From NCBI GenBank assembly GCA_964016885.1, contig OZ024741.1:193378001-193442000 (forward strand): a stretch of DNA of 64,000 nucleotides. The letters are read 5' to 3'. Below, one piece after another: positions 53,931-64,000 of this stretch (position 1 is the first letter of the stretch; every line of letters begins with the position of its first letter). Below the pieces are notes generated by a model that made no database searches, was not told the DNA's origin, and saw only the letters and a list, made by a program, of their open reading frames with translations. Source of the DNA: Eledone cirrhosa (Eukaryota). A program made the position numbers and the translations under genes.

Positions 53931-54319
53931 TTTAAGCCAGTACATACGTATGCCCCGACGGACATACACATACATACGCACACACAAATACATACCCCCC
54001 CACACACACACACACACACACACGGTATGTCATATATCAAATCATATATTTTATCTGATGAAGACGTACTGAAAAAAACAACACAGTACCTTTGAAATAT
54101 ATATATATATATATATATATATTTCTAACTTAGCTGGTTCTCATCAGTACAATCCCTCCCACTTTTGCGACTGCTGGACTTGAAAATAGTCGAGAATATA
54201 TAGTTTTCTCGTCTGTGTAAATGAGGTGACTAATCTCATTTGCATATGAAGCTGCATAAGTTGGCTCAACATACAGGTTAAAAAATAAGGATGGAAATGC
54301 ACAGAAGCTCTTTTTCTTT

Positions 54320-55565
54320 AATCTGATAAACCAAGTCTACAAATAAATGGCCTACAACGAAATTGAGTCTGAGACCAAACCAATTGATCTTTATTCATTT
54401 GGGCGCTAAATTCAAAAATTATACTTATTTTTGAGATTTAGCTCAAAGGCGGATTATTTATTTTTTATGAAAAGAATTGAAATTGAGTCTGGGATTGTGA
54501 TTGTAAGCCACAGTCAGTAGTTTAAAACCTAAAATTGAAGAAATATGGTCTAATAATTTCTTATTAAAAACAAAGATGGCTAACATTTGTTTTATATTGA
54601 ACATGTGATGATCAAAGGTAACTAAATAAACGTGAACAGTAACAAAGACTCGGCTGTGTGACTATGTGTGGTAGACGTCTGTTGATGATGCACTCATTGT
54701 CCATATTGCATCACCTACGAGTTGCTAACTGTTTTGATCTACTAATATTTTCATATTGCATCGTCCTAATCATTTACTTTTCATGAATCAAATATTACAG
54801 TGTATCGGAACACATTTTAATATTACAACCTGCGTCTTTATTTCTCGTACTTATCTAAACAATCCTGACAATATTTGTTACATTGTGGCAAAATAACCTC
54901 TACTGCACAAAAGAGAACAATGATGAATATTGTTAAACGAGCCTATCATCTTTATTTTGTGAGTGACCAAGGCAACAGCTGGGCGCCATATCTGTACTGC
55001 AATACTTATGCAACAAAACTTATCCAATGGTTGTAAACGAAAAGTAAATATGTGCCTTTTGCAGTGCCAATGGTTTGGTGTGAACCAACTAATCATTTAA
55101 ATGGTTGTTACATTGTATTGTGCAACCAGCTTGGAAAAGACTTAAAAGGAAGAGGTAAGGAAATGTTGATTATCCTGATATCCCTTGTTAGACGTCCAGT
55201 ACCACACAGCGAAAAACTACTAACCCCTGTGCCTCTAGAGATAATCCCTGAATTGAATGATGATGAAGACGGCAGCTTTGAAGTATAGTTTGAAGCTTCA
55301 ACATCAAATGATCCAGACTCTGCTCCAAATTATCCAACAAAAATATTACACATGACAAGACAACGTGAACTAAATGATTTCATCAAATATTTAGAGCTGC
55401 CAAAAAATAAAGTGGAATTGTTGGGCTCAATTTTCTTGCTGGTGGCGCCAGAGTATGTTTATTTAGAAACCATGATAAAGATTTTCGGCCATATTTTATA
55501 AAGAAGAGTAACCTTGTATGATGTTGTGACGTCGACGACCTTATGGCGGCTTTATGCATTGACCA
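54320..55565 (+). mobile_element. Decayed DNA transposon, N-terminal transposase fragment (possibly TcMar m44-type)
   Basis: NNPDNICYI, DQGNSWAP, MPFAVPMVW.EPTNH..CY, RPVPHS, ELND motifs; family name from memory. Confidence 0.65.
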
Positions 55566-55579
55566 AACTAAGCACGCAA

Positions 55580-55803
55580 CACACAACACACAAAATCAAG
55601 ATGTGTTAGGATAGAACAAAGGAGAGAAACACAAAATAAAAAACCACTGAGGAGGTCACAGAATTTGTGACGAAAAGGCTTTATAAACAATCATCCGGTT
55701 ATCGAACCAACCAACCAACCGGAAATTTATAATAAATTGAAGTGAAAACCAACAGATGCGGGTGCTTTTATTGACAACATGACTCTCTTAAAGTATAACA
55801 ATA
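55580..55803 (+). mobile_element. Inverted copy of the PLE pseudo-LTR with hammerhead core (55645-55685)
   Basis: CTGAGGA-G-GTCACA..TGTGAC-GAAA and TTATCGAACCAACCAACC match the reverse complement of 50495-50760. Confidence 0.82.
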
Positions 55804-55858
55804 TATGTTTCAACACACGTTTTCAGATAAGAAATCTCGCAAAACAAATTCAAAATCG

Positions 55859-55922
<64 letters not shown>

Positions 55923-56368
55923 GCATATATATGGTTATGTATATTCATGCTTGCGTGTAAAATTGTATTTACATAAAATGATCACGTAGACAAATATCAA
56001 TGGCATCCATAGCATAAACCAATAAAATAAACGATTTATTTCTGTTTCGTGTTCCATATCATATTACACTTATGTATTTATATATTTATATCTCTGCGTC
56101 TCCTTCTCTAGTTATACATATAAAAAGGTGGGGGGGAAGAGATGGAAGGATAGTATAAGCATGTTTATTCATTAGACAGTAGTGTAGGCAGTGGTTATGA
56201 CCTTTGTTCGCCTCCTTACAATTTGATATTTTTTGTGCTCAGTTTGAATCCCACTCACTCATAATATCTCACACTCCATCTCTCTCTTTCTCGCTCTCAC
56301 TCTCTTTCAGCCAGCACCAAACTCTCTCCTTCTCTCTCGCTCTCTCTTTCTGTTTTTATACACACACA

Positions 56369-56402
<34 letters not shown>

Positions 56403-56500
56403 GCACACATAAACACACACACACACAGTGGCCTAAGGAAATGTTAGAATTTCTCATCTATTATTAGAAACATTGACAGGAGCACACCAGCACAGAAGAC

Positions 56501-56587
<87 letters not shown>

Positions 56588-56660
56588 CATATATGTGTTA
56601 TGTATTTCTGTAGAAAAGGTAAAGGAAATAAGAGTGCTCTATGTATAGTACAGAGCTATC

Positions 56661-56926
56661 TAATTACATAATAAACAATACAATATAATTATTCCATTAC
56701 CAAAGGTTTCAAGAAACTAGACGATCTTTACAGAAACATCCAGCCCGTTCATCAGATGAAACAGTTGTTTTGGATATAAGTTTTAAAATAGATATCTATT
56801 TCAAAACTTATATCCAAAACAACTGTTTCATCTGATGAACAGGCTGGATGTTTCTGTAAAGATCGTCTAGTATCTTGAAACCTTTGGTAATCGACTAATT
56901 ATATTGTATTGTTTATTATGTAATTA
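56661..56926. mobile_element. 266-bp near-perfect palindrome with a hammerhead in each arm (56692-56761 minus, 56826-56895 plus)
   Basis: Centre GAT/ATC at 56793/56794; minus arm TTTCAT-CTGATGA-GCTGGATG/CGTCTAGT-GAAA-CCTTTGG-TA-ATGGAA. Confidence 0.85.
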
Positions 56927-57293
56927 TATATATGTGTGTATGTATTGTATGAATGTATTTATATATGTGTGTATATATATATATATTAAAATAACAGATT
57001 AAAGTTTAAGCAAAGAATCGCTGCTTTCACCCTGAAACTGAAAAAAAAATCAGTCTGTGAACGCAGAAGTAAATATTCGAAAGACGTTGCAGCCGAAGGG
57101 AAACAGGATACTTTGGTTCGTGAAGACGTTCCCTGGCAATTGACGGAAAAAAGCGAAGATAATACGTCGTTATGTGGAGCGTGGAGAACGATTACATGGA
57201 ACAACAAAACCACGTTTATGGTATAAATGGAGTTGTAGACTAATATTCTATTTAGGAAACCGAATGATTCTCGGCTTCGGAGGTAAGAATAAT

Positions 57294-57473
57294 TGTTTCT
57301 ACTTTAGGCACAAGGCCAGCAATTACCCAGTGCATTACTGGTACTTTATTTTATCGACCCCATAAGGATGAAAGGCAAAGTCAACCTCGGCGGGATTTGA
57401 AATCAGATCGTAAAGGGACGTAACTATGCTGGAAAGCATGGCGTCCGACCCTCTACCGATACTGCTAATCCAC
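57294..57473 (-). mobile_element. Young SINE with 17-bp TSD
   Basis: TSD TCGGAGGTAAGAATAAT at 57277-57293 and 57474-57490; empty paralogous site near 53851-53867. Confidence 0.93.
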
Positions 57474-57844
57474 TCGGAGGTAAGAATAATGTAAATAAAT
57501 TAGTAGAACGAAAATGACAGAGGTTATTAAAATCATAAAAGTAAACATATATACATTCACACATCTAAATACGTACATACACATGCATACGCAAAACACA
57601 CGCCATGTATGCATATACATGCACGCACACATAAACACGCGCACACGTACGTAAAGCGGCACGACACATATACCCGCACACATACGAACGTATACACCAA
57701 ATACACATAAATATATGCGTATATGTATACATATAATTATATATACATATGAAAATCTACACGCATAGATGTGTTTTTAGTAACTACACAGCTCCTTTCG
57801 TATCTTATCATTTTATATATACATATATATACATACATATATAG

Positions 57845-58222
57845 CCTGCTCTTCCTGGTCAAAGAAAGGCGGCGGTTCGATCTTCAGTATGGACTCGGCC
57901 GATAGCCGGATCCGTTCTACACGCGACAACAGCTGTTCGACATAACTCCACAAGTCAGTAATGCACGGACATTGGACGAGTGCGTGCAGAATGGTTTCGT
58001 CGCTCTGTGCGCATCTCGGGCAGGTCCGTCTGACAGCACTTCCGTGCCTGTAGAGTTTATCCCGAACCGGCAGTGCCAAGTAGGTAAGCGAGGGATTTCT
58101 GGAAATTGTCCATCGTCCCCGGCTCGAAAGTCCTCCGGAACAGACTGGTCAGTTCGACTTCGTCGAGGTCCAAAGCTTCTCCGAGTGCGTCATCGAACTT
58201 GCCCACCACTAATCCTCTAGAG
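57845..58222 (-). mobile_element. Tx1-like ORF2 3' fragment G
   Basis: LPVRDKL..CPRC..DETILHALVQC. Confidence 0.88.
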
Positions 58223-60639
58223 CACTGGTTCTCAACCCATTTAGGCCAAATCACGAAACGCCCCCTACCCTATTTTTCCATTTTTCAATATACTACTGAT
58301 TTTGATATCGGTAGATTACTAAAAAATTGATTAACAATAATCCAAAGATACCATTGCAGGCAGCTGAAAGTATAAATACATTCCTTGAAAGGAAATATAT
58401 AAATTTCAAAAAAAGGAACATAAATGTTCTTTTTTATGAATAAGGACCAGTTGAATTTGTTATATTCCCACCAGGTGATACCAGCTATTTTGAACATTTA
58501 TACAAGAGCAACTCTGTCTATCCCAAGTGTGCTCTTATCTGGAAGAAATTGGCAATTATATCATTTCAAAGCTTTCCAATGTTCCCTTTAATGAAACGGA
58601 CAGGATAAACGTTGATATCTAACTTGATGTCCCCTCCACTTTGTGAGCTTAGAGACCACGGAAGAGAGTTTTCATGACCACGTAAGAGGGTATATTTATT
58701 AGTAAATGGTAAAATATATACAACAAATATATACAACAAATGAGTAAGTGAATTGAAGTAGATGGTTTCCAGTCCAGTCAGACTGCAAGTACAAATAAAA
58801 AAATTGTTAGTTTGCTTTGTAACAATAGCATATCCAAGTTTTCGGATAAATCAACTTACTTTAACTTTAACCTTATTTCAATGGGACCCTTGATCTTCAT
58901 GGAGTCTAGCTAACTCTTTGACGCCAGGCTGGATTTTCATAAGATGTAGCCGGAGATCTCCACGTGTAATTACATTGTAGCGGTTGCGAGCCTTACTGTG
59001 CAGTCTGGAAACAGCGCCAAACCCCCTCTCGACTAAGTATGAGCTTGGAAAAGGCAGAGCAAATCTCTTAGCCTCTGCATGTAGGTGTGGAAATCGATGC
59101 AGAATTTCCTCTTGCATCCCAAAAAGGGGTTCACCTATTTTGGGAAATCTAATTTTGATCATGTCATCTGCTTGAAGTTCAATGAATTCTTCCTGAAATT
59201 TAACGTCCAAATCATCGACCTTAGCTATGAAGGTATCTGCTATCCACATCGGGATGTCCATCGGCAAAAGGTCAACAAACCGTTCTCTCATGTTGTCTTG
59301 TAGCGCACCGAGGTGAGTGGTATACATTTGGAGTTGGTCATTGCTTACAATGTTTTGAACATTGGCAACACTAGGAAAATTATAGAATTCCCGCCAATAA
59401 AGATTCTTTTCGGTGACATTCAATTTGGCCAGGAAAGTTTTCACAGCATTCCTTGCTTTAAGCAAGGTGATCTTCTTCCCCTGCAAAGCCAAAATGACGC
59501 TATTGCATTTGTCGAAGATGTCGGTGAGGTAGGCAGAGTCTTGCCTCACATCGAGGGTTTTCTTGTACAGTTCTGTGTTGCGTCCTCGCAGAAACTCAAT
59601 GATAGAATCGAAGAGTTCAAAGAAGTGAGTAAGGCACTTGCCCTTTGAAAGCCACCTCACTTCAGTATGAAGGAACAACTTGACGAATTCTTCGTCATTA
59701 TCTTGGCACGGTTGCTGGAAAATTCGTTCATTGAGGGAATGCCGTTTTATAAAATTGATGACATCAATGGCCACCTGCAAGGACTTGCTCAGCAGCTCGC
59801 TGAGTTTCTTCGCAGCCAAATGACAAAATGAACAGCAAATACAGATAGATTTTTCTCTCTTCAGAAGAGTGACGAAACCCTTATGTTGGCCGACCATTGC
59901 TCTTGCGTCGACCGTAGCACATGATACAATGTGTGTTGTATGTGGTCCTAGCTGTATGTATTACCTGATTATGTGTTGTATGTGGTCCTAGATGTTTGTA
60001 TTACCTGTTATGTGTTGTATGTGGTCCTAGATGTATGTATTACCTGCCTGTGTGTTGTATGTGGTCCTAGATGTGTGTGCTACCTCCTTATGTGTTGCAT
60101 ATGGTCCTAGAAGTGTGTATTACCTGCTTATGTGTTGTATATGGTCCTAGATGTGTGCATTACCTGCTTATGTGTTGTATGTGGTCCTAGATGTGTGTAT
60201 TATCCGATTATGTGTTGTATGTGGTCCTAGATGTGCGTTACCCGCTTCTGTGTTTTTTCTTTTCTTTTTTTATTTGTAATATTATTTATACAATAGGGAA
60301 TAAAATAGATCTACATAGTGTTAACTCGTTACGGTTGAGTCAATAACTTCAGACAGGAAATACATTGTTATCGGTGAAGGAAAGATAAGATTCTAACTGG
60401 CTGCGCTCAAAGTGTCCTTGACCCAGTTGACTGTGGGTTTTTTCCATTTTTAGGATCTCAATTGCTGGTTAATGTCTAGACACACCGGCACACCTGCTCA
60501 CAGCTGCGTTCAGACCATAGTTATGCTGTCTGCATGCTCATTCAAATAAATTCAGTCTGGCTGTCTCAAAGACATACAAATATGGCTTATAAAACTTACC
60601 AAACGCCCCCCTGGAGTTCAGAAACGCCCCCCCCCCCCC

Positions 60640-60640
<1 letters not shown>
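58223..60640 (-). mobile_element. hAT (Charlie/Buster-type) transposon, partial transposase 58878-59930
   Basis: HTEVRWLSKG, AYLTDIF, PFPSSYLVERGF; TIR-like CACTGGTTCTCAACC after the 8-mer CTCTAGAG; subterminal AAACGCCCCC at both ends. Confidence 0.88.
59933..60250. repeat. 40-bp minisatellite, about 8 copies
   Basis: Unit TGTGTTGTATGTGGTCCTAGATGTGTGTATTACCTGCTTA. Confidence 0.92.
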
Positions 60641-62729
<2,089 letters not shown>

Positions 62730-62746
62730 TCAATAATTATAATAAT

Positions 62747-62925
62747 TGTTTCTACTTTTGGCACAAGGCCAGCAATTATCTCAGTGTATTACTGGTACTT
62801 TATTTTATCGACCCCGTAAGAATGAAAGGCAAAGTAAACTCGGGATTTGAACTCAGACAATAAAGGGCCGTAACTCTATGCTGCAAAGCATGGCGTCCGA
62901 CCCTCTGCCGATACTGCCAATCCAC
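62747..62925 (-). mobile_element. Young SINE with 17-bp TSD
   Basis: TSD TCAATAATTATAATAAT at 62730-62746 and 62928-62944. Confidence 0.92.
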
Positions 62926-62944
62926 AATCAATAATTATAATAAT

Positions 62945-64000
62945 GATTTATTTATTGGCCACAGGGCTGACATCAAGAAAAACATTACAGATGGCACAGG
63001 ACGGTACAGGACGGTACAATGTGGGTTTTGTGCGTGTAAAGATTTGTATTATTTATATAAGAAAAAGAAAAAAGACGTAGAAACATATATATATATAAAC
63101 AATGAAAAATTCCCCAATAGGGGGGAAACGTCCGAGGGTAAAGGGTGGCGAAAACCACACAAAAGACCACGGCCACCCTAACCACCAGGACAAGCGCCCT
63201 TTCTCAATGTTTCCATTCCTCAAACTACAGGCATATATTCAGAGCGGTCCCGTTCACTCGGACCATTCTCGCTACATTCACCCACCATTCAACAAACTTG
63301 GTAGAAGGCAGCACTTGCCTCTCCACCATGATTTTCCTCTTCAAGTGAAACTTGAAAAAGTTAATTAGGGATTCGCCGAAGAGGAAAGTATCCGTCTTTA
63401 ACCCTTTCAACCTTGTCCACCACACAATCTCTTTCGCCATGGCCACCAGGCAGATGAAAACCGCCTGCCCTTCCTCCTCGAAGGAAGACGGCGAGAGCAT
63501 CTGCACAATGGACTAAGTCGATAACCGGATCGGTCCTACACGCGACAGCAACTGTTCGACATAGCTCCACAAGTCAGCAATGCTCGGGCACTGAACGAGT
63601 GCGTGCACGACGGTTTCGTCGCTCTGCGCGCATCTCGGACAGGCTCGGCTGACGGCACTTCCGTGCCTGTAGAGCTTATCTCGAACCGGCAACGCTCCCC
63701 GGTAGCACTGCCAGGCCAGGGATTTCTGGAAGTTATCCAAAGGCCCTGGGCTAAAAGTTCTCCGGAAGAGAGCAAACAGCTGATCTTTTTCGACGCCCAG
63801 GATCTCTCCGAGAACGTCGTTTCTCTTCCCCTCCACTAGTCCTCTATAGAACGCCGAGGTGGATGTTCCACCGATACTGGTTCACAGCTGGCAGAGGGCG
63901 GTGAGCGCCTGGAGACATTCCAGTTTCCAAGGGCTATCCCTCGGTCTTTTCCTGACCCAGGACTTCAGCTCCGTCAAGGAGACGAGCTGTGGGAAAACGT
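62945..64000 (-). mobile_element. Tx1-like copy I (C-type 3' end), runs off the window
   Basis: Close match to 27837-28830; 3' end abuts TAA repeats. Confidence 0.92.

Noticed and set aside
58878-59897. Domesticated ZBED/SCAND3-like host gene
   Set aside because: Truncated, conserved motifs degraded (TDG and HC..H regions), with a TIR and nested context.
59933-60250. Regularly spaced repeat resembling a CRISPR array
   Set aside because: Whole units repeat with no unique spacers; eukaryotic context and no cas genes.

Overview
Eukaryotic, AT-rich, almost entirely repetitive DNA; the SINE families suggest an octopod cephalopod (inferred from sequence resemblance, not searched). I found no host gene, rRNA/tRNA gene or CRISPR array. 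Contents: a near-full-length decayed RTE LINE; about ten copies or fragments of Tx1-like (L1-clade) LINEs; many Dong/R4-type fragments; a CRE-like 3' fragment; three Penelope-like (PLE) coding remnants; many tRNA-derived SINEs; a deleted mariner, a mini-MITE, a hAT and another DNA-transposon remnant; abundant microsatellites. Two patterns stand out. (1) A (TAA)n-targeted guild: the Tx1-like LINEs and the young SINE share an ungapped 3' signal (3-bp covarying stem, CUUGU loop, 13 nt with AGAAA, then ATT target), and Dong/R4 uses the same repeat in the opposite orientation, building multi-kb stacks. (2) More than ten type I hammerhead-ribozyme motifs, including a U3:A8 core variant, several in asymmetric foldbacks inserted in (TA)n. 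All alignments and folds were done by eye, so boundaries may be off by a few bases and novelty is unverified.
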